In this document: in pieces, positions 27,660-39,830 of the stretch
Numbering within the stretch: the first letter of the stretch is position 1
How the letters are laid out: each line of letters starts with the position of its first letter
From: Lama guanicoe
Lineage: Eukaryota
Direction: 5' to 3'
Assembly (NCBI GenBank): GCA_013239625.1
Contig: MU054212.1
Span: 3,410,001-3,474,000, forward strand
Length of the DNA: 64,000 bases
Translations under genes and position numbers: made by a program
Notes under the pieces: model-generated
Told to the model about the DNA's origin: nothing
The model's database searches: none
The model's input: only the letters and a program-made list of their open reading frames with translations

Positions 27660-28090
27660 CAAAATGTATCAAATGGGGCTAAAATCAAGGTGTCAAGCGG
27701 GGCTGCATCCTTCCTGGAAGCCCTAGGGAGAATCCTTGCTCTTCCCTGCCTCTAGAGGGCACCTGCGTTCCCTGGCTCACAGCTCCATTTTCTCTCTTCA
27801 AAGCCATTGACATTGAGCCAATGCCTCCTCAGGCTGCCCTTTCTCTGGTTCTCCATCTGGTTCTGTGTTTCTCCTACCTCCATCTTCTACTTTTAAGGAC
27901 CCTGTGATTACAATGAGTCCACCCAGACAGTCCAGGATAAATCTGGACAATCTCCTCCTCTCTAGGTCAGCTGATTAGCAACTTTAATTCCATCTGCAAT
28001 CTTCATTGCCCTGGGTCACGTAAGAGAACGTATTCAGTTTCTGGGGAGTAGGATGTGAGCATCTTTGGGGGACCATTAATCTGCCTACCA
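27660..28090 (-). mobile_element. MLT1D-like LTR (partial)
   Basis: 'ctaaaatcaaggtgtca..ttccttcctggaagccctaggggagaatcc...aggtcagctgattagcaactttaattccatctgcaa...gggggaccatt..ctgcctacca'. Confidence 0.88.
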
Positions 28091-28489
28091 TTGGTAGCTC
28101 TTTAAAATGAGGCCATGGAGAGTGGACTTGAATCCAAACCTTGACCTGGAAACAATTCTCAAGCCCAGCTGAGATCAGCAGAGTTGCCTGAGATGACCTG
28201 AAGGCACACGAGGAAGACATAATGCTATGTCTCCCAAGAACGAGAAAGACATAATGCTACTATGGCCACTGAAATGCTGAGGTTGTCTGAATAATACAAA
28301 CAATATTTGACTCAACCATTTACAAACAGAATCATCTAAGAATTGTAACCTGGTTTCACAAGATGTCAGAAAGTTTGTGAAAAAATATCATATTCTGTTT
28401 TCTTCAGGCTAAACATCCAAATTATTTTATCTTTCGTTTGTAGGATCTTCACTTACTTAGTTGTGTTGGATTGCTGTATCACATCATCA

Positions 28490-28820
28490 CACCATCACCT
28501 TTTTCTGGAGCAAGAATTATCTTCCCCAGAATCCCATTCCTCCTGTGGCTCTGGGGCAGAGTTTAACAGTGAGAAGTTCTCTTGTAAGATTTGAAAGGTG
28601 TTAGAAAAGGATTGGCTATTAATCTCTGAGGGAAGCTGCCCAGGAAAGGAGAACCACCCTCTTCAGTGCTTCAGACCAAGATCACCAGTGTGGGGTCCCT
28701 GACCTCCCTTTCCCTGCTGTTCCTACAGTGATTTAAGCCCACATTTCCCATATAAATCCTTTATGCCTGGAATGCATGGCGTGGCCTTTATCTTCCTGAC
28801 CAAATCCTGACAGATACAGC
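28490..28820. mobile_element. Degenerate ERVL-class LTR (LTR33/LTR16-like)
   Basis: 'gtaagatttgaaaggt' and terminal 'tcttcctgaccaaatcctgacagataca' resemble old ERVL LTR ends. Confidence 0.45.
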
Positions 28821-29956
28821 ATCAGTAGACACCAACTGAGGACATACTATGGGCCAAGCAGCACACTCTCACATCGGCCTTAGTTAGTCTCCACCCCTTT
28901 AAGGCTGTCACTTTCATACAGAACCATGTTTGCCCACACTGTCTTCAAAGTCTGCTCACAACAAATTCTCAATTCTCTCTTATGAGAGATGCTGAAATTA
29001 TCTTTATAAGTTAATCATTAATACATCTTCATTATGTTGACATGGATCATTTTCCTATAGATATGATTAATTACTATTTCCACACCTTATATTCCTTTTC
29101 AGACTCTTTTCCTTATCTAAACCAACCTGCATGTGTTTTTTGCAAATGCGATACATTCTTTTCATGAAAATTATATTGGGCTTTTTTTTCCAATTCCAAA
29201 AATCTTAATAACCCACCTAACATCAGCTCTTCAGTTCTAGTTACATACTATAAACTTGTTGATCAGGTCATCAATAAATTTATTGATTAGGAGAGATTCC
29301 AGGATCAATTCCTGCTAAATTCTGCTCAATGCATCTGCTCAGGTTAACGTGAAGCTGCCATATGCAGCTTTCAAGTCCCTGGAAAGAGTAACATGGTGGT
29401 ACCTCCTGTTCTTAATCTGTGTTAACCGTGATCTGTGGTTTAGAATCAAAGGCTTTATCAAAGTAAAACTAAATAAACTTTACTAAAATAAGAATAAAAT
29501 CTAAAAAACTATAAAGCATTACTCAATTCACTGAAATCAATTATACTACATTTATAAATACACGATGAATTCTTCATATTTCATATTCAACTCTTGTGCA
29601 CACTAATGTCAACTCAAGTTTCGGCTCCTCAGTTTATTGGAATTTTCATCTATTATCATTTGGCATTTATTAATGTGTGAATATTTAATTTGTCAACTCA
29701 TAAAGGACACACATGATGGGTGTGCTTGGGCATCGATACGGTATTTCTAACATACAGTCCATTTTTATTTTGTAAACGAAAAAAAGGTGAAATTGAAATT
29801 ATCATCATCAACTATCTGAGAAGATTTCTACAAAATTGACAGTTCAATCACAAAAACTGGTCAAATCCTTCTTCCTCCAAACTTGTTTGAACTTTTGGAC
29901 GATTCCTGTCTTACCACATGATTGTTACCTTTATTTCTTTTTCCTTCTCTACTCAG

Positions 29957-30006
29957 GTGAACCACTAAGCAGCTATGGCCCTGAGACTTTAGAAGAGCCC
30001 CATCCT
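29957..30006 (+). other. Candidate 50-nt internal exon (+)
   Basis: Strong acceptor ttatttctttttccttctctactcag|G; moderate donor CCT|gtgagc. Confidence 0.25.
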
Positions 30007-30739
30007 GTGAGCATCATTTGTCCCAGGAGGAATGTTCTCTTTTGTCAGCGATTTAATACAGCAGACGCTGCTGCCAGGTCTTTTTTGTTAGTGCTTCATG
30101 CCTCCTCTCCAGTTCTTTTGCCTATGTCACTGTGCTCTTGTTTTTATACGTCTTTCCCCCAAACTGTGTCTGATCCTCTAATATTTGCACTCTTCCAGGA
30201 CTCTGGAATTTGATCTAATGCCTTCACTTGCTTTCTGGTTACTGAATTTGCCTGACTCCTGACTTGATTTGTCCATGGCGTTGCCTTGCCCCTGGGCTTC
30301 ACGGGTCAACCTCTCAGAGTCTTGCTCTGAGCATGAAGTCCCATGCAACTCAGTTCTCTGTGGCTTTCCTGCTCCTGTCTTACCTGAATCTTTTATCTGA
30401 GTTTCTTACCTTAATGAGGGTTAATGGCTTATATAATGATGGCAATGTGCATACAATGGACATTTTAGCTGTGTCACAGTCTTCAAACTTTAGCTCTCCC
30501 AAACGTTCAAGGATCACTTGACGTTTTAAACTTAGTATGTAAAAAAGTTTTCCCCCATTAAAAAATATTTCACGCTTCTGAATATTGTATAGCTTTTATT
30601 CTAAATGGAAATGAATTCTATCTTGATTGGAGGGGATGTGTAGAATCAAATATCTGAATAAATTACGTCATCGGTCTACCGCAGCCTTTTCCAAAATGCA
30701 GATCATGTAATACTCATTGATATGAGATGAATAAAACCA

Positions 30740-30977
30740 AGATTGCATTTGCAAAGTTTGGGAAATACTGGGTTTATCAAAGTTAGGCAGGTTTCTTTTA
30801 TGTAGCTTTCCTTTGAGCCTTTTATATGTTAATTGAATTCTGAATCTTTATGATAAGAGGTAAAGTTTGCAGAATATCACTGACTAGTTTGACTACAGAT
30901 TCCTTTTATCTGTGCAAAACCTTTTTACATCTCACTGGATACCAGGATTCCAAGGCACATGATTTGGAAAATGCTGC
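30740..30977. mobile_element. MER103-like hAT-Charlie DNA transposon
   Basis: 'aagtttgggaaatactgggtt..aaagttaggcaggtttcttta' and end 'tttggaaaatgctg'; similar to 61768-61925. Confidence 0.65.
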
Positions 30978-31656
30978 AAGACAGGCTTTCAGAAAACGTT
31001 TTAATGATAAAGTGCTCACAGATCAAAACAGCCCCCACTCAACAAGAGAAATCTGCCTCGTTGCAGCCCGAGTTAATATTAATCTGTGAGCCTGAGACAG
31101 GAACTCATCAGGAGAGTTAGACATAGTTCAGAGCTATCAAAAGCATGAGAACCAACAGAGCATTGTGATCGCTCCCTGGTGGAAATGCCTAATACGAGTA
31201 ACCTTCCTTTTTCATCTCTAAAGCACAATGTGTCCGGAGTGCAGAACTCTCTCCTCTCTTACCGCTTTATTGTAACAAGAACCATGAGATAGAACTCATT
31301 CCGTCCAGCGCGCTCTGACATAAAGACCATATGACGATGCTTATAGGTTTGAAGCAATCCTATTACAGTGTGTGACTGTTGAAGTAGACTCTGTTAGAAG
31401 CTCAAAGCTAAACTGGGAGGGTCTATAGTCAACCATTTTCACTAAGTTTTAATTGCAAAAATAATATCAAATTCTCAAAATGGTATAGGGCAGGATAATA
31501 TTTTTTACATATTAGCCATTGTGTTTTTCAGTCCTTTTATTTTTCGCTTTCTTGTGATTTTCCTGAACTTATTCCATCCCATAAATTCCATATTCTATAA
31601 CCACTGCCTTAGGGGGAAAAACACGGAAGAAAGAAAAAAATTAATCAAATTCTTAC

Positions 31657-31751
31657 CTTTCAGATTCAGTACTTAGGTCAGAACACAGAGAAGAGATCTC
31701 GAAGAATAGCTGAAGATCTCGGCTGTCCTGACAATCGTCTAGATGAAGAGT
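31657..31751 (-). other. Candidate 95-nt internal exon of an unidentified minus-strand transcript (open frame TLHLDDCQDSRDLQLFFEISSLCSDLSTESE)
   Basis: Acceptor tcttctgtcttctgccttcctcctccag|A and donor AAG|gtaaga, both close to consensus; phase-0 frame has no stop. Confidence 0.5.
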
Positions 31752-33469
31752 CTGGAGGAGGAAGGCAGAAGACAGAAGACCATGCTGTGAGCAGAGGTCA
31801 GTGGTACCAAGACCAGTGAACAAGACCTGAGTGATACATTGATTGGAGGGGCATCCGTGTCCAGTACCTGTCTCATCTCCAGCTGAATAATCATAGCTGT
31901 CAACAATTCCTGAAAGCCAGGTAGAAGCTAAGAAATCACCTGCAAATCATCATGTTTCTGTTCCAGGGAGCATGGTGTGTTGCTCGTATCAAGCTGGCAT
32001 GTTAAGCATAGTTCCCACTGGCATCAAAGAAGGACCTAGCTCCCACCAGTCTTGGATAGCTTGCCATCCAATAAGAGCGGGTCCCCTCTGTGCCCAGAGA
32101 CTTTGACCTCAAACTTGAGTTATGTGAACAATGCTCCTTTAGCAGCCCAGCACACTAGCCAGCCCCTCAGAGCCAGACGGCCCCGGCTGCTTAGAGGGGT
32201 AGTAGTGATGTGTTCAGGGTACTTGTGGACATGGACTAGAACCAGTTCAAGATCTCCCTAGGTCAGGTCAATGTTGAAACATCTCACCTTATCCATTCTC
32301 ACAGATAAGATACAAACTCAGGCTGATGTTTGGCCAAAGAAACTTATTTTAAAAATACATTAACACATTCCTTGACTTAAGGACCTCAAGCTATTTATTG
32401 TTTAAAGTCTACTTCCCATAATGTTTTGAACTTTTCAAATCACTAACTGTAGTAAATTCTAGCATGCAGGATGGTCTCCCAGCGTGACACGTCTCTAAAA
32501 GAGTTAGCTAGGACAATGGACCATAATGGAGACGTGCTCTTGTCTCCAAAGATAATCTGAGAACCATAATAGCCCCTTGGCAGTGGTTCCTCTTTTTAAG
32601 GGTTTGTATCTTACATTGCCCCATCCTCCAAATTCTTAAACAGCTGAGGCACAGGGCTGACCTCCTTCTAAAATGATTGGGAAAAATGCTTAGTGTCTGT
32701 GTGAGGTTTCAGAAGTGATGAACTTGCCATTAGTCTCATCTGATTTAGGCTCCAGTTCTTGTCTCTAAAACTAAAATGCTTCACGTCCACATAAACTTTG
32801 AAATAATCTCTCCAAGCATGTGTGTCTGGAAGCATTTCCATTCTGTTAGAGCAACTGAAGTCTGCAGGACATCTGAAACCGTTAATCTTGCGTCGGGCTT
32901 GCTGATCATGGACTGTCTGCTGGCATTTCCATTTTTATTTATACGTTAGTTTTTTTCTACACGATCAACTTTCATTGTTAAATTTTCTTCCATGTCACAG
33001 GTAACTTTCCCAGAACAGCAGATGAAAAGCTATGAAAATACTATTGCATTTTCTACCTTGATATCTTTGGAAAATAAATTTTTTTCTTTGTATTCAAAGA
33101 TCCTGTTTCTTAGAGCTATATGTATGCATAAAATTTGGTTAAATAGATTTGTGCACAATAAAAAAAAGTCTTCTTGTTTGTATGCAGACTGAGTTTTTGT
33201 TTTAGGCAGTACCCAAGAGTTGAGTGGAAGACACTGCTATAAAATGCATTTAAAAAGAGCTCATAAGCATTTCCTCCCCCTGCACCACACGCAGCCACAA
33301 AGCTACATCTTTGCCCCTTAGTTAGCATGTTAATTTTAAACAAATTTGGAGAGTCTCAAAGTCTATTTTGCTTCCATCTCAATCACTTATTAAGAAAGTC
33401 CTGCTGGAACATTTTCTTTCCATAAATAGTAGAGGATCTCTCCTTTTGACCTCAATACACAACCACTAG

Positions 33470-33860
33470 AAAGCAGAATGGTAAAGTAGTAAATACATTT
33501 ATTTTTGTTATCATAGACCAAGAATTGAATCTCTTAATCTTTATGATTTTCTGCCTGTACTAAATTCAGGAAAACTTTCTGAGCCTCAGCTTCATAATCT
33601 GTAAAATGAGGATGTTAAAATCTGCCAGACCCAATTCAGAATGTTGTTACACATTTCAAATGTGATGACGTCACTTGAAAGAACATGTGACAATAAAAGT
33701 GACTGTTTCTGTTTTATGCAAAGTAAATTTAAACACATAATCTCAGAGATCGTCAAAACAAACAGGTAAGGAGTGTACTGTTTTCCATTTTCAGATGAAT
33801 AAATTAATTTGAGGCAAATTAAATTAAATTTACTTGCTCAAGACTCTACAGTTTGCCAGT
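33470..33860. mobile_element. Two adjacent MIR fragments
   Basis: 'tctgagcctcagcttcataatctgtaaaatgaggat' and 'ccattttcagatgaat..ttacttgctcaagact'. Confidence 0.65.
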
Positions 33861-33879
33861 GGAAAATTTCTGCATGGCA

Positions 33880-34750
33880 AACAATACAAAAATCTAAAAG
33901 GCTAAAGACAAATGAGGAAGAGATAACACTGACAACTTGGGATAAAGTCTATTATTTTTAACCAAATGCTAAGCAGATTAAAAAAATCACTTAATAGAAA
34001 AATTGGCATGGCATCAAATATAAGTTAGCATGTCACAGAAAACAATTGCTGAAGTACTCTCAGATGTTAAGCCTAACCAATAATTAAAGACGTGCAAAGA
34101 AATGTAACCAATAATTAAAGGCATTCAGAAGGTTTTGTGTTTCTGTGTGTGTGTGTGTTTCATGTAGTCAAAAATGAAAAATGTGACACCGTGCTGTCGA
34201 AGGTATAGGAGAAAGGTTCTCCATTCGCTGTTAATGAGAATGTAAATTCAAATAAATTTTGGAGTGCCTTGTGGTAATCTACATTAAAATGCATAACATC
34301 TTGCCCTTTGACCCAGCAATTTCACTTTTAGAATTTTATCCTGCAGGTATTTGTACAAGTATATTATTTCCAAGCTTATTTTTGGTAGGAAGCAATTCAA
34401 AACACTCCAAATGACTCCCAGTCTGGAACTGGTTAAGTGAATTATGACCTGAACCTACAATAGGATGTTAGGCTCTCGTTAAAGGTAGTGAGACAATGTC
34501 GCGTACGTGGAACGGACCGACGACAGAGATGTATTTTCACGTAGAAAAAAGTTTCAGAACAACGTGGTTAGCACTTTGCTGGTTGTTTATAAGGTGAGTA
34601 TCTCTAGGTACACACCTATTTGGCATATACATCAGCGATTTCTAGGAGGTTTTCACTAATTTGGTAACAAGGGTTATTTGTTTGGAGGGAGGAGTAGAAA
34701 GATCGGGGTGGGAGACGTGTTCTCTCTGTTTACACCTTCAGGTTCAGTTG
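33880..34750 (+). mobile_element. Ancient L1ME-like 3' region
   Basis: 'ccctttgacccagcaatttcacttttagaattttatcctgca' and 'tgttaatgagaatgtaaatt'. Confidence 0.7.
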
Positions 34751-34969
34751 TTTATACCCGAAAGCCATCCCCTTCCAAGCGTGTTTGCTTTCCCGTGCAC
34801 CGCGCCGCCCTTGGAGAATGCTCGTAAAGCACAAAGAGTGAAATGCCTGTGACTTGTCATCTTCCGCTGTGTTGGTCTGACGGGCTTTCACCATCGCAGA
34901 ACGGTTCTTTTCGCTACCTGAGTTCTACGAAATCGCTCTGATTGCCCTTCTCGGCCGTCGACGCCAGCC

Positions 34970-35445
34970 ATCTGCCTGTTTTCCCTCAGATCCCTTCTCT
35001 GTTTTCCCCTCTGCTTTCAGTCTCCAAGATCGGGCCCCGCATATGGGACTTCCCGGGAGTCACTGACCAATGGCTTCAGTTCGGTTTGGCCAGTGGGAGA
35101 TACTGGCAGGAGGTTGGAAGGAGCGAGAGGAGGGAAGTCAGGGTACCTCTCCCCTCCTCTCTGCTCTGAGCGGCATCTTCGGTGGGTGGTGGCGATGGCC
35201 TCTCTGGCAGCCTCGCCCTCCACGCCGGCCCCCCCGCAGCTACAGTTCAGAGGGTCCACTCTCCCTCCCTGATTCTCCCTCCTGAAGGATGCTAGCAGCT
35301 TCCCTAATCCTTGCTAATCTTTTTGGCCATCTCACCTCCTCTGTTTGTATTTCCAGCTCTCTTTATACTGTTCAACGAGTTTCTCGCACAAAATACTCTC
35401 CTGAATTCCACCGGATGGATTCTGTCTTCTTGTGGGACCCACACA
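34970..35445. mobile_element. LTR33-like ERVL LTR
   Basis: 'ggtttggccagtgggagatactggcaggaggttggaagg..gaagtcagggta' and 'tctgtcttcttgtgggaccc'. Confidence 0.65.
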
Positions 35446-35559
35446 AATTGTGCGTTGTGGGAGACACAACTGACGTTAAATTTGTATGCCACAAATTTTA
35501 CTGCTTGATAAACTGAGTGTAAAATAAACAGATGCAAGTGGAAAGTTAGAGAAGAAGAA

Positions 35560-35770
35560 GGAAGCTAACCATTCAGACTTCTGTTTTGTGCCAAGAGATT
35601 TCCTGCTATTCAAAAATAGTAATCTTCACCCCCTTTTTATGAAGTAAATATTATTATCCCCCAATCACGGCCGAGAAATAGAGACTCAGACAGAGTAATT
35701 AATTGGCTTGTAAGCGGCAGAGCTGGGATTCCGCTCCAGGTCTTTCTGACTCTAAAGCCCGAGATACTGC
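35560..35770. mobile_element. MIR SINE
   Basis: 'tattattatcccc..gagactcagacagagt..ggcagagctgggattcc..caggtctttctgactctaaagccc'. Confidence 0.75.
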
Positions 35771-36089
35771 TGAGAGGCTGTAAAGTTGATTTTGGTGTCT
35801 CTCCTTCCCCCTTTTAGTGTTCTTTGTGTCACTTCCTTATTCCGGCGTCTACCATCCACTGGCCCCCTTTCGGCACAGTGTCTCATATTTCTAACATTCA
35901 TCTTCTACTCTGCCACAGAAAACCACTTATCTGTGTTACTTTTCTTCAATGCCTTGCTTTCTGCTCATCTGATAACCAAATTTGAACTGAGCTATTATTT
36001 GGTGATCATTCCTATTCTGCCAGAAGGGAAAGAAAAGAAAGGATTTGAAATTTGAAGTCAAGCCTGCCAGAGTTCCTCTAAAACCATTT

Positions 36090-37150
36090 CCTTGTTCATT
36101 CACTTTTCTTCCCAGAAAACGCACCGGTTGCTAGATACACAGCACTGAGCAAGACAGATTGCGGCGTGGTAGGGAAGAGCGTCATCAAACAATTTTATTG
36201 AGTTCTATGGAGGAGAAATGTTCTGTGGAAGCATCTGAGAGGAAATTGTACTGGAGAGTCCAGAAAGCCTTCCGTAAGGAAATGAAATTTGTGTTGACCA
36301 TTAAGGAGGCACTAGAGAAGTAAAGCAGAGTAAGTGGAAGGGAGAGAAAAATTATATAACAGCCTGTATATCGGTCCTGGGGCAAGAAAGAGAGCGGCCC
36401 ATCAGAGGAATTTTTTTTTTTTAAAGACCAATACTGCTAGTGTGTAGAGAAGAAAAAAGCTAAGACAGGAAAGCTAGGAGGCAGCCCAATCATGCAGAGC
36501 CTCAAGGGACATATTAAGGGTCATGGACTCTGTCTTTCTGTCCAGCGAGGAATAGGAAACCACTGGAAAGTGTCTAGCAGGGAAGAGGGACACACTCTTG
36601 TTCCTAAAATGAATATGCGGGCTGTATTACAGAGAGGGACCTGGAGGAAGGTGATAATGGGTGCAGCACATCACCTAAAAGACTTCCTGAGAATTCTTGA
36701 TGAGAGAGGAGGGTGGCTGAAACCACGGCCAGCTGGAGGGAGGAGGAGAGAAGTGATGGATCTGAGAGAGATTTAAGAGGTAAAACCCATAGGTTTTGGT
36801 GAGTCAAGGAGAAGAAGGAATCAGCAATCACTCCTAGTCTCAGGTTATGTGCTAAGATGCGGAAAAGGGGAGAAAGAGTAGGTTTAGCTAGGAGAATCCA
36901 TGAGTTTTAGACGTATTGGGTTTGTGGGTCTTTGGGAAATCTGAGTGGGCGTTTATATGCTGAGTAGGCACTGATATCTACCCTTCTCAAGCACACATGA
37001 GTGACCAGGACTAGATATAGAAACTTGAGGTTGTTGGTTCTTGGATGATGACTGAAGCCACGGGGAGTCAGTGTGGTTTTCTTAGGGGAAAGAGGGCCCA
37101 GGAGTGAAATTCTAAAGACTAAGGGAATTTCTGACCTCAGAGAGTAGGCT
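36090..37150. mobile_element. L2 LINE fragment
   Basis: Purine-rich L2 body ('ggaaaccactggaaagt', 'gatggatctgagagagattt..gaggtaaaa'). Confidence 0.65.
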
Positions 37151-37959
37151 AGAAGGAGGAGACAGCACTGTGCTTAAGTACAAGATACTGTAGTTGCATT
37201 AGGACGGGTGGGATCTCAGAGCTACCGTTCAGCTGTAATGTTGGGAGGGGCGGGTTTGAGGGGAGCCGTATCAGACCGCAAGGAGCGCTTCAGACACTCA
37301 GCCTGCCCCGATACGCGCGTGTGTGCACACGCGTCTCCCCTTCTGATGCACTGGGAAGGCACGTTCACGTGGCTCTTTCCCTTCCTAAGTTGGCGCTAGT
37401 TCTCAGGCCAAAAAGATGTTGCAGAAGTGTGTCAGCAAAATCCAAAGACGTGTCCAGTCTCACCTTCGAGGGTGCTGGCAGTGGCCTGGACAGACTGTCA
37501 GTGTTTCATTAACTTCAATCTTAAACTAATCTCAGTTCCAGGATTTTGCAGTAAATGTAGCCAATGGACATGTTCTTCATTCCTCTCCTATTTATTGTCC
37601 CCTGTAGGAGCAATTTCATTACCTCCTCAGTCGTGGGTCTTTTTGAGTAGCTTTCCTGTTCTACAGCAACTAGAAAGCTGACTGGAGCAAGCGATTACTG
37701 GGAGTCCTTGATAACGCTCCTTCAGCACATTGGCTTTAAATTCTCTCTCTCTCTCTCTTTCTCTTTTTTGACTCTGCCTCTGGGCTGCAGGCTGACCTAC
37801 TACAGCTGGTGGGGGAGGGAGTGGTGTGGTTGTGTCCCCAGGACGCTGAGTCCTGCCCAAGTCACCCCACACCGGGTCCATCACCATTGAGCCTTTCCCT
37901 CTGCTGTTCCCAACCACCTTGCTGCCCATCACAGCTGAGGCGTCAGTCCTACCTTTTAC

Positions 37960-39200
37960 TTCTGTACCATTCGGTACTTACCTCCTGAAATACACTTCTG
38001 TTCTCATAGCCATGAAAAATTTTCAGTGAGCTTCTCAGCATCAAGTTGAGCAGCCTTTCGTGGCACTCATACCTCTTTACCTTTCAGGAGCATTTTACCC
38101 TGGTCACCACCACCACCATTTTTGAATAAAAGTTCCCTCTTCTTTCACACTTTCTGGAATCCCCTGCCTGACATCTCAGGGACTACCCCCTTGCTAGCCT
38201 CTTTCTTCTCTTTCTACCTATGAATGAGGCAGGACCCAAGCTTCTGTCTGCGGTCTCCTCTCGTGCCCCTCTCATTTTATCTCACTCCGTTTGAGAGATT
38301 TGAACTTTTACCTCTTTGGGAATCAGTATCCTTAGGGTGAACGTTCTTCAGTCTCAGGGTCCATATTTCCAACAGTTTGATGGACATGCTCTCCTTCCAG
38401 CACAAAGCTTTAAAAAATACTCACATATCCAATCCATCGAGCAGCTTCTTGCTTCTAACTGCCCTTCTTCAGTCAATGGACATACACCTCGAGCTGCCAT
38501 CTGGCTTAAAGCCTGGGCTTTTCTTATTTACTTCTCCACCTCTTCACAGTTCATAGTCCGTTGCCAAGTCTGAAAGACGGCTCCTTTGCCATGCTTTGCC
38601 CTCCCAGCCGTCTCTGTCCCTTCTGATGACGTTGTACTGATTGCAGGGAGAGGAGCACTTACCTTCCCTACTTTTTTCACCACCTCCTGCCCTGACATCC
38701 TCTGACATCACTGCAAGTTAGTTTTCCTAAGGTCAGACTGAAATGAATCCTATTCTCTAAAAACACAATTGCCTGTCTGATATTACTTTCCGTAAACAGC
38801 CCCAATCTGCCTGCTCGGGTTTCTTTGGTCTCCTGTGTCTCCCGAGCCAGCTAGACCACCTTAGGTTCTCTCAGAGGCCAGTCTTAGGATTTATGTTGGT
38901 TCAATCTGCTCCTGAAGCATTCCACTCTTTCCCTTTCTAATACTACCTTTTGACCCCAATTTCACACTATCTTGTCCATCAAGTTCTCCTTTTTTATGCC
39001 AAGAAAATATCTTTTTCCTCTTCTGTACTCTGTAAGACTCAGTTTGTATGACTTTTACAACTCATGCATTCATCCATTTATGTATCTTATTTCCCTTAGC
39101 AGATTGGAGGCATCCCGGGAGCAAGGGTAGGATCTTCTATATATTTTATTTCCCACAGGGCCTAATACTTTGTCTTATTGTATTCATTTGTGGTAGATGT
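37960..39200. mobile_element. L2 LINE fragment, opposite orientation to 36090-37150
   Basis: Pyrimidine-rich L2 body ending 'tttcccacagggcctaatac'. Confidence 0.55.
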
Positions 39201-39204
39201 CGCT

Positions 39205-39600
39205 GTAGGTATTAGAATAGCTGCAAGAATAGTGGCTTAAATAAGATAAAAATTACTTTTCTTTTGCCTAAACAAATTTGGGGCTGGAAATGAGAAGACT
39301 CTGCGCCACAAAGTCTTCAGAGATCCAGGTTCTTTCTCAGTTGTTGTGCTACCGTGCATGACTTTGACCTTGGGAACCAGGATGGTTTCTGCACTCCTGA
39401 GCGAGAAGAAAGATGGGCTGAAGAATAAAAGAGCTAAGGGCACACTTGTTCTGTCTCTTAAGGAGGGCTCCTGGAAGCCACCACAAGTAACATCCCTTTT
39501 TATTTTGCTGACCAGAGCTAGCTGTGTCACGTGGCCACACCTAGCTGCAAGAAATGCTGAACTGTGATCTTTGTAACTGGTGGCTAATTTACAGACAAAA
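39205..39600. mobile_element. Old MLT1 (K/L-like) LTR
   Basis: 'agtggcttaaataagataaaa', 'gtcacgtggccacacctagctgcaag'. Confidence 0.65.
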
Positions 39601-39639
39601 AATTGACTACTCGGAGAAAAGGGAAGATGAAAGTAAAGC

Positions 39640-39830
39640 CATAACTTGGGTGATAATGTTGTGTCAAGGGAGGTCCATTGATTGTAACCGAAGTGCCACT
39701 GTAGTGTCAGTGTCTATGGTGGGGGGTTGTGCATGTGTGGGAGCAGGAGATATGGGAACCCCCAGTGCCTTCTGCTCAATGTTGCTGTGAACCTAGAATA
39801 ACTCCAAAGAATAAAGTCTATTAAAAAACT
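39640..39830 (+). mobile_element. L1MC-like 3' end
   Basis: 'gcatgtgtgggagcaggagatatgggaa..ttctgctcaatgttgctgtgaacctag..aataaagtctattaaaaaa'. Confidence 0.85.
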
